Part shown: one piece after another, positions 1 to 8,703 of the stretch | How the letters are laid out: each line of letters begins with the position of its first letter | Position numbering within the stretch: the stretch's first letter is position 1 | Source of the DNA: Candidatus Aenigmatarchaeota archaeon | GTDB lineage: Archaea > Aenigmatarchaeota > Aenigmatarchaeia > Aenigmatarchaeales > Aenigmatarchaeaceae | Reading direction: 5' to 3' | DNA: 64,000 nucleotides | Assembly: GCA_043802485.1 (NCBI GenBank) | Contig: JAZDKZ010000006.1 | Span: 32,001 to 96,000, forward strand | Notes under the pieces: generated by a model | Told to the model about the DNA's origin: nothing | Seen by the model: the letters and a program-made list of their open reading frames with translations, nothing else | Databases searched by the model: none | Translations under genes and position numbers: made by a program

Positions 1-104
1 ATGCTCTTCATCATCTGTTCAGAAGCATGAAGCCTGACAGGAACCAGCATCTTGCCGGTTTTGGGTATCTCCCAAGTAACGTCGTTTATCCTTTTCATCT
101 GCAT
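1..104 (-). CDS. rtcB: RtcB tRNA-splicing ligase, N-terminus (runs off window edge)
   Basis: Manual translation from ATG at 104: MQMKRINDVTWEIPKTGKMLVPVRLHASEQMMKS, matching the archaeal RtcB N-terminal WEIPK..M.VP pattern; not in ORF track. Confidence 0.8.
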   Translation of the reverse strand, partial: MQMKRINDVTWEIPKTGKMLVPVRLHASEQMMKS

Positions 105-171
105 TGTATCACTAGTAATAATGTTCCTCAAACTTAATATTATTTATAAAGGTCTGATTACAATAACTCTT

Positions 172-456
172 ATGCCAGTAAGTACAGCGCCATACAAGAG
201 AGAATACGCCCACACAAAGGGAAGGGGCAGGGAAGGGATGGTAAGGTGCGGTTTCTGCGGCAAGAGCTGTCCTAGATGGAAGGCTTTCATAAAGTACAAG
301 GGCTTTAGGATAACGGATCCTGTTTTAAGGAAGCAGATACCAAGGTACAACATACACACATTCCAGCAGAAGATATATGTATGTCCAAGCTGTGCAAGAT
401 TCAGGCATATTGTCCAACCTGGCAAAAGTGTCAGGAAGAAACATCTCAAGACTTAA
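172..456 (+). CDS. rps26e: Ribosomal protein eS26 (S26e)
   Basis: KGRGR..VRCGFCGK..PRWKA and YVCPSCA zinc-finger motifs; probable start ATG 172. Confidence 0.85.
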   Translation: MPVSTAPYKREYAHTKGRGREGMVRCGFCGKSCPRWKAFIKYKGFRITDPVLRKQIPRYNIHTFQQKIYVCPSCARFRHIVQPGKSVRKKHLKT

Positions 457-489
457 AAGCTTAGATTTCTATATAATTAAAGTGATTTT

Positions 490-819
490 ATGAACGTAAT
501 CGATATAAAACCAGTCGGGATGCCAGAAGCAAAGGTTATAATGTCTAGCATTGAGAAGGACAGGGAGTTGACATACGAACAGAAGCTGGCTTTGGAGCAT
601 TTGAACAAATTCACTATTTTAGCGCCTGCAGAGGCAAAAAAACTTTTAGAGGAAATTTCAGGCGTTCTAAGAATGTCTGATGAGACCAAAATACAAATTC
701 TGAATCTCTTGCCAAAGAACCCAGATGAGCTTAGAATGATATTTACAAGAGAGAACTTTAGCCTAAAAGAGAACGAGATCAAGAAGATTCTGGAGATAAT
801 CAAAAAGTATCTCAGGTGA
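490..819 (+). CDS. rpoF: RNA polymerase subunit Rpo4 (F)
   Basis: ELTYEQKLALEHL, NLLPKNPDELRMIF; precedes DUF655 as in the conserved archaeal order. Confidence 0.9.
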   Translation: MNVIDIKPVGMPEAKVIMSSIEKDRELTYEQKLALEHLNKFTILAPAEAKKLLEEISGVLRMSDETKIQILNLLPKNPDELRMIFTRENFSLKENEIKKILEIIKKYLR

Positions 820-824
820 TAACC

Positions 825-1385
825 ATGCCATTTCTACGAGACGAGAACGTCATAGTATTAGATTTCCTTTCAAGGGGGCATGCCACAGGTAGGCAGGAGC
901 CAATAGCTCAGGTCATAGGCAACAAGTACTTTTCCTTGTTAGAGGTGGTTGTGAAAAAGGACGTTATCCTGAAGACAGGTGATGTTGTCTACATAGGCGA
1001 GTCTAAAAGGGACAAGATAGACCACATAAAGAGAAGGATAACTGTAAGGGACCTTACAACATTCGCAAAGTCGGAGCTCCCCTTTGTGGTCGAGAAGGTT
1101 GTTGTCGAGAACGAGATAATATTTGTCGAGTTCTTCAACAAGGCGCAGTCAATCTCCACCAGGCTTCATCAGTTGGAGCTGATACCTGGCGTTGGCAAGA
1201 AGCACATGTGGGACATCATAAAGGAGAGAAAGAGCGGTCCCTTTGCAAACTTTGCTGACATAAAGAAGAGGATAAAGCTCATGCCCGACCCAAAGAGTTC
1301 TGTGATCAAGAGAATAATGGAAGAGCTTGATGATGACAACATCAGGTACAGGCTGTTTGTTGCAGGCCCGGTCAGAAGATTCTGA
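825..1385 (+). CDS. DUF655 family putative RNA-binding protein
   Basis: VLDFL..G, AQVIG..YFSLLE, RLHQLELIPGVGKK motifs. Confidence 0.9.
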   Translation: MPFLRDENVIVLDFLSRGHATGRQEPIAQVIGNKYFSLLEVVVKKDVILKTGDVVYIGESKRDKIDHIKRRITVRDLTTFAKSELPFVVEKVVVENEIIFVEFFNKAQSISTRLHQLELIPGVGKKHMWDIIKERKSGPFANFADIKKRIKLMPDPKSSVIKRIMEELDDDNIRYRLFVAGPVRRF

Positions 1386-1675
1386 TGGACGAATTAGAAG
1401 AGATGCAAAAACTTCTTTTGAAAATACCAAAGGGTAGGGTCGTTTCTTACAAGGAACTTGCCAGGAAGCTCGGCATCCATCCAAGGACTGCTGCTAGGCT
1501 TTTGAGCAGGAATCCATTTCCTGACAGATATCCCTGTTACAAGGTAGTCTGTTCTGACGGCAGACTCGGTGGCTATTCTGGGGGTCTGAAAGAGAAGAAA
1601 AAAAGGCTTGAGAAGGACGGAATAGATATTAGAAATGGTGGGATCGATATCAAGCGCTTTTATCACTTTTCTTAG
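1385..1675 (+). CDS. ogt: Short O6-alkylguanine-DNA alkyltransferase (MGMT/Ogt family)
   Basis: IPKGRVVSYKELA HTH, NP....PCYKVV (PCHR variant), LGGYSGG. Confidence 0.85.
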   Translation: MDELEEMQKLLLKIPKGRVVSYKELARKLGIHPRTAARLLSRNPFPDRYPCYKVVCSDGRLGGYSGGLKEKKKRLEKDGIDIRNGGIDIKRFYHFS

Positions 1676-2015
1676 ACCTTATTAGATATTTGCTTTTGGT
1701 GGGAAGCTTGGGTAAAATTATTTCGCTCACAGGCTCCTTTTTTCTGTTGTGTTTATCACATCCCCTATGCAAGAAAAATGAATAATCCATATGAGTAATA
1801 ACAAAGTCATAGTTAGGAGAAAGGCTGATATTAGAATCATCGGTAATGATAGAGGCACCAAGACCTGTCAATACAGTCTCTAAATTCTTTACCTTTGCCC
1901 CTAATTCGTACATTTTTAGCTTGCCATGTGCCTTAAGCAGTCTGACAGTGTAATGATTTTCAGAGCCTTTGACTAGGCATTTCAAAAATATACGTTCTTT
2001 ATTCACTTCTTCCAT
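1650..2015 (-). CDS. Hypothetical protein
   Basis: 121-aa AT-rich ORF, no recognisable motif. Confidence 0.5.
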   Translation of the reverse strand: MEEVNKERIFLKCLVKGSENHYTVRLLKAHGKLKMYELGAKVKNLETVLTGLGASIITDDSNISLSPNYDFVITHMDYSFFLHRGCDKHNRKKEPVSEIILPKLPTKSKYLIRSKKSDKSA

Positions 2016-2116
2016 TCAACATATTGCTGAATAAAGCTTTATATTATTACTGTCCAGTGATAGTTTTATATATGACCTATACCTTAATATTATTACGGCT
2101 AAGTGATAAAGGTGTT

Positions 2117-2317
2117 ATGGTGATACAGTTCAGAAACGGTGACTATATGTTCAGGAAAATAAAACCCAAAAGACCTGTTGTGATAAGAAACGGCAACACG
2201 GTTAAAGTTTGCTATTACTATCAGGGCACTAAAACGTGTCTGGGTCCTATGTGCTATTGGCTCAAGATAGGCCATTGTCCCATATGTAAAAGGATAAAGA
2301 CCAGAAACGCAAAGTAA
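2117..2317 (+). CDS. Small Cys-rich hypothetical protein
   Basis: ATG 2117 after AGGTG; several Cys including CPIC. Confidence 0.45.
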   Translation: MVIQFRNGDYMFRKIKPKRPVVIRNGNTVKVCYYYQGTKTCLGPMCYWLKIGHCPICKRIKTRNAK

Positions 2318-2327
2318 GGTGTAAAAT

Positions 2328-2561
2328 ATGGTCGAATATTGTAAACATTATGAAAGAGAGGGAGATTGTCCCACTATGACAGCTGCTAGAAACCTAATTA
2401 ATCACCACTCAGATGAAGCCCGCGTTTTTTATATATCTCCCACAAGTGGTACTAGAGCTAGTTCAAATGTTATAGCGCACGATGCTTTTTTAGAAATATA
2501 TTGTAGAAAAGGTGGTGCGGGTTGTGCTGTTAAACGCCATCTTGATAGTTGTACAACATGA
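2328..2561 (+). CDS. Small Cys/His-rich hypothetical protein
   Basis: 77-aa ORF with AGGTG RBS. Confidence 0.5.
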   Translation: MVEYCKHYEREGDCPTMTAARNLINHHSDEARVFYISPTSGTRASSNVIAHDAFLEIYCRKGGAGCAVKRHLDSCTT

Positions 2562-2579
2562 TAAATCTTTCATGAAATC

Positions 2580-3689
2580 TTAAAATTTTAATAATTTTTT
2601 AAAAGATTTGAAATCAGCATCAGTCTTTATTGCCGTAAGGCAGAAATGTGTTCTGGACGCTTTGAAGCCTTTTTTCCTCAGTTTTTTCAGCAAGACTTCT
2701 GTTTTGGGTATTGTGAAGCCTTTTGCTTTGGCTAAGCAGTGTATATCATAATAGAAAGGCGGCATGCCTGCTTCCGCTATCAACATATCCAGCAACTTCT
2801 CTTCCTTTTTTGCTAAAGCGAATTTCCTTTCTTTTAAATCTTCCAAGACCTTTTTGCAGAACGTCTTGTTGTTTATCTCTCCCAAGTACAGAGGGCCTGT
2901 TATCTGGAAGTCCTTGCCGCAGGAGCACTTCTCCTTTATCTTTCCGAAAACTCTGTTGCCGCATGAGCAGTGCATTACATAGCCGAACTCGTTGACAAGG
3001 TCATTTATCTTGCCCAAGCTTTCTATCCTTCCTATTGTTCTGAAATAATGCCTGTCAGAATGCGTTATCATTGGTATGAACGCCCTTTCCCTCTTCGATA
3101 GAGCCAGTATTATGTTAGTTAATAGTATCCTGATTCCAAGCTCTGCATAGTATTCTGTCTTCATTGACTTCAGTCCGTATTTCTTCAGGCATTTCAGGGG
3201 ATAGGTTCCTGAAAGCGGAGCCTGGTCAGTTGCTGTTACACATAACAGACCTTTGTGATGAATAGACCTTGCAGCAGAGTCGAGAAAGTTGACAGGCGAG
3301 CCGAAAGGATCAATGTCAATGACAACGAAAACGTTTTGATGTAGAAGCACGTTGGCGTCGCTCTTGCTTGTCTTGCATTTTTTCGTGAGCTTATTCTCCT
3401 TTATATTTTTCTTTATGAGTCTAACTGCGACAGGATTATTGTCATTCAGCACAACCTCTTTGGCATTCTTTATTTCCTTGGCATACCTCAGGCCTCTTGC
3501 GCCTGTTCCTGACAGTGCGTCGCATATGCTTATCTTGTCATCAAAATCTTTCTGAAAGACTTGTATAGCTGATATTGACAAATCCCTTAGCAATTCTGCT
3601 TCTGGGTTGTAGAATACAGAAGCTTTATGCTTGTCTTCCATGGGTATCCAGATTTTTGCCTTTCCTTCCTTGATTTTCTTTAGTTTCAT
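2580..3689 (-). CDS. trm1: tRNA (guanine26-N2)-dimethyltransferase Trm1
   Basis: VFYNP, DALSGTGARGLRY, DIDPFGSP, TATD, SRTHF motifs. Confidence 0.95.
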   Translation of the reverse strand: MKLKKIKEGKAKIWIPMEDKHKASVFYNPEAELLRDLSISAIQVFQKDFDDKISICDALSGTGARGLRYAKEIKNAKEVVLNDNNPVAVRLIKKNIKENKLTKKCKTSKSDANVLLHQNVFVVIDIDPFGSPVNFLDSAARSIHHKGLLCVTATDQAPLSGTYPLKCLKKYGLKSMKTEYYAELGIRILLTNIILALSKRERAFIPMITHSDRHYFRTIGRIESLGKINDLVNEFGYVMHCSCGNRVFGKIKEKCSCGKDFQITGPLYLGEINNKTFCKKVLEDLKERKFALAKKEEKLLDMLIAEAGMPPFYYDIHCLAKAKGFTIPKTEVLLKKLRKKGFKASRTHFCLTAIKTDADFKSFKKLLKF

Positions 3690-3813
3690 AAGAAAAGAAT
3701 TGGTCTCTGTTGTATTTCTTATTTTCTATGTCTTCGACCTTTGACGAAACAATCAAATGTCGTGGTTAGTTTTATAAACTTTTCAGCGGTATCTTTTTAG
3801 ATAAGGTGATAAG

Positions 3814-4887
3814 ATGGGTATCGATATTAAGAAATTCTTGTTGGAGAAGAAGCCCACAATCGACAAGCTGGTCGAGAAGTGGATACCAAAAGAATTTGAC
3901 AAGGACTATATGGACTTTGTTTTCGGCAATACGAAATACGAGTACAACATAGATGTTGTAAACAAGACCATCACCAAGCTCATCTGGGAGTTCCTTGGTC
4001 GCGGCGGAAAAAGATGGAGGCCTGCTCTGTTTCTTCTTGTTGTAGAGGCTCTTGGAGGGGATAAAGAAAAGTTCTTTGACTTTGTGATAATACCCGAGAT
4101 CATCCACAACGGCACCCTGTTCGTCGACGACATAGAGGACAGGAGCGAGTTGAGGAGGGGCAAGCCGTGCATGCATCTGCTTTACGGAGTTGATGTTGCT
4201 ATCAACACGGGAAACATGATGTACTATCTGCCCTTGTTGCCCTTGTTGAAGAACAGGGAAAATATCGATTCTCAGATACTTATCAATGTTTACGAGACAT
4301 ATGTTCAGGAAATGATAAACCTGAGCCTTGGTCAGGCAATGGACATAGCATGGCATAATGGCATGTGCAATTCGGACAACCTTTCCGAGAAAGAGTACCT
4401 GCAGATGTGTGCTTTCAAGACCGGGACCTTGGCAAGGATGTCAGCCAAGATAGCCGCCATACTTTCCGGTGCTAGCAAAGACTTGACAGAAAAAATCGGT
4501 AGCTATGCGGAAACGATAGGGGTGGCCTTCCAGATACAGGACGATGTTCTGAACCTTGTAGAGGGAGAGTTCACCGAGAAAAAAGGTTTGGGAGAGGATA
4601 TAACAGAGGGAAAGAGAAGCCTTTTGGTTATACACACCCTTAAAGAGGCAAGTCCTGAGGACAGGAAGAGGCTGCTGGAACTTCTTGAGATGCATACCTC
4701 TGACCAGAAACTGAGGGACGAGGCAATAGCGATAATCAAAAAATACGGTTCCATCGAATACTCAAAAGATGTTGCCAGGAATATGATTCTTGATGCATGG
4801 AACGATATCGATAAGCTGATTCCAGATTCTGACGCCAAAAAGAAGTTGAAAGCATTTGCTGACTATCTGGTTGAGAGAAAGATATGA
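3814..4887 (+). CDS. idsA: Geranylgeranyl/polyprenyl diphosphate synthase
   Basis: GGKRWRP, DDIED..RRG first Asp-rich motif, FKT, FQIQDD, GEDITEGK. Confidence 0.93.
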   Translation: MGIDIKKFLLEKKPTIDKLVEKWIPKEFDKDYMDFVFGNTKYEYNIDVVNKTITKLIWEFLGRGGKRWRPALFLLVVEALGGDKEKFFDFVIIPEIIHNGTLFVDDIEDRSELRRGKPCMHLLYGVDVAINTGNMMYYLPLLPLLKNRENIDSQILINVYETYVQEMINLSLGQAMDIAWHNGMCNSDNLSEKEYLQMCAFKTGTLARMSAKIAAILSGASKDLTEKIGSYAETIGVAFQIQDDVLNLVEGEFTEKKGLGEDITEGKRSLLVIHTLKEASPEDRKRLLELLEMHTSDQKLRDEAIAIIKKYGSIEYSKDVARNMILDAWNDIDKLIPDSDAKKKLKAFADYLVERKI

Positions 4888-5675
4888 AGGACACCATAAT
4901 ACTGAAAATAGGCGGTTCTGTAATAACAGACAAGTTCAGTGATACGCCTAAGGTTGACTTGAAAAATCTCAAAAGAATCTCAAAGGAGGTTGCTTCTTCA
5001 TACGATAGAGATAAGATGTCTTTGGTTATCGTTCACGGCGTCGGCTCTTACGGGCATGTTATCGTGAAAAAGACTGGAATACACAAGGGAATAGAAAGAA
5101 ATGAACAATTGAATGATTTTGCGGAAACGCAGAGGCTCCAGAACGAGCTGAACTGCATAGTCACCAAATATCTTATAGAGGCTGGTCTTCCTGCTTTCCC
5201 CTGTCAGGCTTCTGCTTTTGCTGTGATGGATTCTGGCAGGCTTGTTAAAATGGATACTTCTGCGATAGAGGGACTTGTCAGTATGGGAATGATACCAGTC
5301 CTTTACGGCGTTCCTGCTTACGACAGGAAGCAGAAATGCTCGATACTTTCTGGGGACCAGATAGCTCCCTTTTTGGCCGTCAGGCTCAAAGCCAAGAAGA
5401 TAATACACGGCACCAATGTGGACGGTGTTTTCACGTCAGACCCTAACAAGAATCACGATTCCAAAATAATACCTAGAATAAACTCTGGCAATATAGATAA
5501 GGTGAAGGAGTGGTTGACAGGTTCAACGGCCACTGATGTTACCGGGGGCATGTTCGGGAAGATAAACGAGCTCTTGAACATAGGTGTCAAGTCGCAGATA
5601 GTAAACGCCCTTGTCGAGAACAACATTGTTAGGGTCATGAACGGCGAGGAGATAGGCACAATAATAGAGATGTGA
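4884..5675 (+). CDS. ipk: Isopentenyl phosphate kinase
   Basis: LKIGGSVITDK, HGVGSYGH, SGDQ, DVTGGM motifs. Confidence 0.93.
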   Translation: MKDTIILKIGGSVITDKFSDTPKVDLKNLKRISKEVASSYDRDKMSLVIVHGVGSYGHVIVKKTGIHKGIERNEQLNDFAETQRLQNELNCIVTKYLIEAGLPAFPCQASAFAVMDSGRLVKMDTSAIEGLVSMGMIPVLYGVPAYDRKQKCSILSGDQIAPFLAVRLKAKKIIHGTNVDGVFTSDPNKNHDSKIIPRINSGNIDKVKEWLTGSTATDVTGGMFGKINELLNIGVKSQIVNALVENNIVRVMNGEEIGTIIEM

Positions 5676-5759
5676 TTTTTCTATAGAAAAAAAGAAAAAA
5701 CAAACACTTGACTATTTGTCTGGAGAACGACAAGGCTTGGTTCGAGAAACCTACTTTCT

Positions 5760-5954
5760 TTATTTCTTAGTAACATAGTAGATTTTGTTTGGGTTTTCAA
5801 TGACCCTGTAGATTCTATCTACTGTTTTTCTCCCTTTCCCAAGAGAATAACCTGCAATTTTAATATTAGAGTCAGAATTTATTATTCTGTTAAATTCCCC
5901 TTTGCTCACTCTTACTACTTCTCCTGTTCTTCCCGCGTCTTTAAATCTTCTCAT
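5760..5954 (-). CDS. Small hypothetical protein (paralog of 5984..6160)
   Basis: Shares TGEVVxVSxxExNxII with the neighbour; AGGAG-type RBS. Confidence 0.6.
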   Translation of the reverse strand: MRRFKDAGRTGEVVRVSKGEFNRIINSDSNIKIAGYSLGKGRKTVDRIYRVIENPNKIYYVTKK

Positions 5955-5983
5955 TTTATTAGCCTCTCCTTTAGGTCAAGGTT

Positions 5984-6160
5984 CTATTCATCTGGGGAAT
6001 AGCGGCCTACTAACTTTCCTTTATTAAAGACCTCTGTCACACCAGTCGGTCCGTCGTAAATCATTTCATGAGCATTTTTGATTATTTTGTTGAGCTCTTT
6101 CTGACTAACACTTACTACTTCTCCTGTTTCAACTTCTTTTTTTCTTTTGTAAAATCTCAT
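5984..6160 (-). CDS. Small hypothetical protein (paralog of 5760..5954)
   Basis: ATG 6160 preceded by AGGTGA; shared motif. Confidence 0.6.
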   Translation of the reverse strand: MRFYKRKKEVETGEVVSVSQKELNKIIKNAHEMIYDGPTGVTEVFNKGKLVGRYSPDE

Positions 6161-6204
6161 GTAATCACCTTTTTCACTTACGATGCTACGCCATAATAAA
6201 TTGT

Positions 6205-6654
6205 TCAAAATTTAGAAGCGTAGTTGTATGCTTTAAGTTTATTATCAACTTCAATTGTTACTTCTTCTACTTTTCTTTTGCCCCTGAAAATGTCTAATAC
6301 AGAACCCACAGGGTTTGCCTCAAGATATAGATTATAATTATTTATTTCTGTCTTACCGTCCGTATCAATGCCTAATGGTTCTGCTCTGGTTTTTATTCTA
6401 TAACGCTTACTTTGATTTCTTTTATTGTAAGCATCAATGAAGTATGTTTTGGAGCATTTATCATTGTCTTCTATAGAAACAACAAGGAATTCATAATCAT
6501 CTGTTTGGTGTCCCGAGAATAAACCTACTCTCTTACCCTTTTCAAGTATCTTGAATTTAGTACCACCCTCTGGCAGCATTATAATTCCTACATCGTTTAC
6601 TTTCTTGATGCGACAATTAATTATTGACTTTGTTGTTATGGACATATTTATCAT
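6205..6654 (-). CDS. Hypothetical protein
   Basis: 149-aa AT-rich ORF overlapping the upstream ORF stop. Confidence 0.55.
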   Translation of the reverse strand: MINMSITTKSIINCRIKKVNDVGIIMLPEGGTKFKILEKGKRVGLFSGHQTDDYEFLVVSIEDNDKCSKTYFIDAYNKRNQSKRYRIKTRAEPLGIDTDGKTEINNYNLYLEANPVGSVLDIFRGKRKVEEVTIEVDNKLKAYNYASKF

Positions 6655-6992
6655 CTTTGAACTCTATCAGCAGTAGCTACTTTTAGTGCTGTATAAACAG
6701 GTGGTCCGAATGTTAAAGCATATGCTGCTCCAGAAATGAGAAATTCAACAGGATCTTTAGGATAATCCATACTATCTTTAATTTTTAAAACATAAACTGG
6801 AACAGCTTCTCTAAGAAAATCTAATACTACACCTGTTGCCAAAGCCCCTGTGATGTGTTTTTTCAATCCCATGTTCATCATCTTTTTAGAGGTCAAAACA
6901 TACCTCTTTTCATAACTACTATTATGTGATAAATATACAAATTTCTCCTTTACCAGAATCTCCGGTGAGGAAGCTTTAAAAGCAAAAACCAT
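6651..6992 (-). CDS. Hypothetical membrane protein (true start probably internal Met)
   Basis: Hydrophobic segments in C-terminal half. Confidence 0.45.
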   Translation of the reverse strand: MVFAFKASSPEILVKEKFVYLSHNSSYEKRYVLTSKKMMNMGLKKHITGALATGVVLDFLREAVPVYVLKIKDSMDYPKDPVEFLISGAAYALTFGPPVYTALKVATADRVQR

Positions 6993-7029
6993 AAAGCTTT
7001 TTAAAGCTTTGTGGTTTAACTATTAGGAA

Positions 7030-7851
7030 GTGGTAAATATGATAGTCGAAGGTATGCTCGTTGATGGGAATAACACAATTTTTCCTAAAAATTATGTTTT
7101 AAATGCTGTCAAAGAAGTTGACAAGGATCACCCTGGTATATACAAAGACGCGATAGATATCCTCTCTAAAGGTGAAGATAGAGATAAGGCCGTTTCAAAG
7201 GCATATAGTCTTTTCAACAAATATGGAATAACAGACGTCGAATATTATCTTGCTAACAAGAGAGTTATGGGTGAAACAGAAATTGCGGAACCTTTCAAGA
7301 AAGTGGTGAGAGAAAATCCATATCTAAAAATGATAGGTGTGCTCACTCATTCAGACTTCATATCTACTTTTGCTAACATATACGAACATCTGGATCCCTT
7401 GACCCCGGCAAAAATATTGCCTTTTACTACTGGAATCGAGATGGATAAGTATGGTGTAATAAAGAAACATCCGACAGACATAATAGATTCTTCTGCCAGA
7501 GCCGAGATAGCAGAGGGGCTGAGTAAAATAATCAAAGTTGTGGGTATCGGTGACAAGGACTGGGGCATAAACCTTGATTTTGTGGGGAAATGTCATGCCG
7601 GGATTGAAATCGACAACCAAATGAATGATTATAAGAGGAAAAAAGGTAAAGATGCTGTTTTTGTCGGTGGGATTTCAGACTTGCCCAACATGTTCAAAGA
7701 GATATACAAACTACCTGATCCTAAAATTAACAATAAAAAACCTTTGGAATACTATTTTCAAAAAATTTTGGATAATCTGGAACCTGGCGAACCAATACCG
7801 CGTTTTTTGGATAAGCCAGAGTTTAATTCCGAGTTATCGATTATGGTGTGA
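7030..7851 (+). CDS. Divergent HAD-superfamily-like protein
   Basis: LVDGNNTI (DxDxT-like) and VGIGD motifs. Confidence 0.5.
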   Translation: MVNMIVEGMLVDGNNTIFPKNYVLNAVKEVDKDHPGIYKDAIDILSKGEDRDKAVSKAYSLFNKYGITDVEYYLANKRVMGETEIAEPFKKVVRENPYLKMIGVLTHSDFISTFANIYEHLDPLTPAKILPFTTGIEMDKYGVIKKHPTDIIDSSARAEIAEGLSKIIKVVGIGDKDWGINLDFVGKCHAGIEIDNQMNDYKRKKGKDAVFVGGISDLPNMFKEIYKLPDPKINNKKPLEYYFQKILDNLEPGEPIPRFLDKPEFNSELSIMV

Positions 7852-7854
7852 ATT

Positions 7855-8616
7855 ATGAACGAAAAACTACTAAATGATTTGATTGAATTTGGACTTACAG
7901 AGTACGAGGCCAAAGTATATCTGAAGCTGGTCACAAGAGGGCCTCTGACAACTTCCGAGATAAGCAAGCTTGCAAAGATTCCCCAGACCAAGGTCTATGA
8001 GATAATAAAGAAGCTCAGTATGAGGACGATAATAGAAGAATCTTCTGAGAATGGTCACAAGAAGTTCAAGTCGGTTGGGCCCGAACATGCCATAAACAAG
8101 ATAATAGCAAATAGGGAAGATGAAGTTAACAATATGAAAAGTATAGGTAGGGAAATCCTCAAACAGATTGAGGAAAAGACAATCCCGTTTGATGGCAAGA
8201 AAGGCATATGGTTGTCTGAGGGCAAGAGGGAATTCCTGGAAAAATCTTCTCTGATGATAAAAAGGTCAAAGAAATATGCTTACGGAATAACAAGAGAGTT
8301 TTCCAGAATCTCTGATTTGGATGAGGAGATTTTATCTGCTTCAAAGAGGGGCGTTAAGGTGAAACTTCTAGGTATAGGGGAATTCGGTGCTTTGAATAAG
8401 GAAAGGGCCAAATGGTATTCTTCTAACAACGTTGAGATAAGAATGATAAAACTAGGTGTACAGCCTAGGATTTGCCTTGTCGACAACAAGGAAGTGTGCA
8501 TAAGGATAGACAACGAGCATAATTCAGAGTTCATGTGGTCGGACAACGAGGCCATGACGAATCTCGTGAAATCTTATTTCGAAGTTCTCTGGCAGAACGC
8601 ACAAAAGTACAATTGA
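7855..8616 (+). CDS. TrmB family transcriptional regulator
   Basis: FGLTEYEAKVYLKL, IPQTKVYEII HTH, C-terminal effector domain. Confidence 0.92.
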   Translation: MNEKLLNDLIEFGLTEYEAKVYLKLVTRGPLTTSEISKLAKIPQTKVYEIIKKLSMRTIIEESSENGHKKFKSVGPEHAINKIIANREDEVNNMKSIGREILKQIEEKTIPFDGKKGIWLSEGKREFLEKSSLMIKRSKKYAYGITREFSRISDLDEEILSASKRGVKVKLLGIGEFGALNKERAKWYSSNNVEIRMIKLGVQPRICLVDNKEVCIRIDNEHNSEFMWSDNEAMTNLVKSYFEVLWQNAQKYN

Positions 8617-8703
8617 AATTTCGTCTATTGCCTGATATGGCAAAAGTCGAGGTTAGGTATATATCCTGCCTTCTATAAAGAAAGGGAATAGTTTGGTGAT
8701 GAG

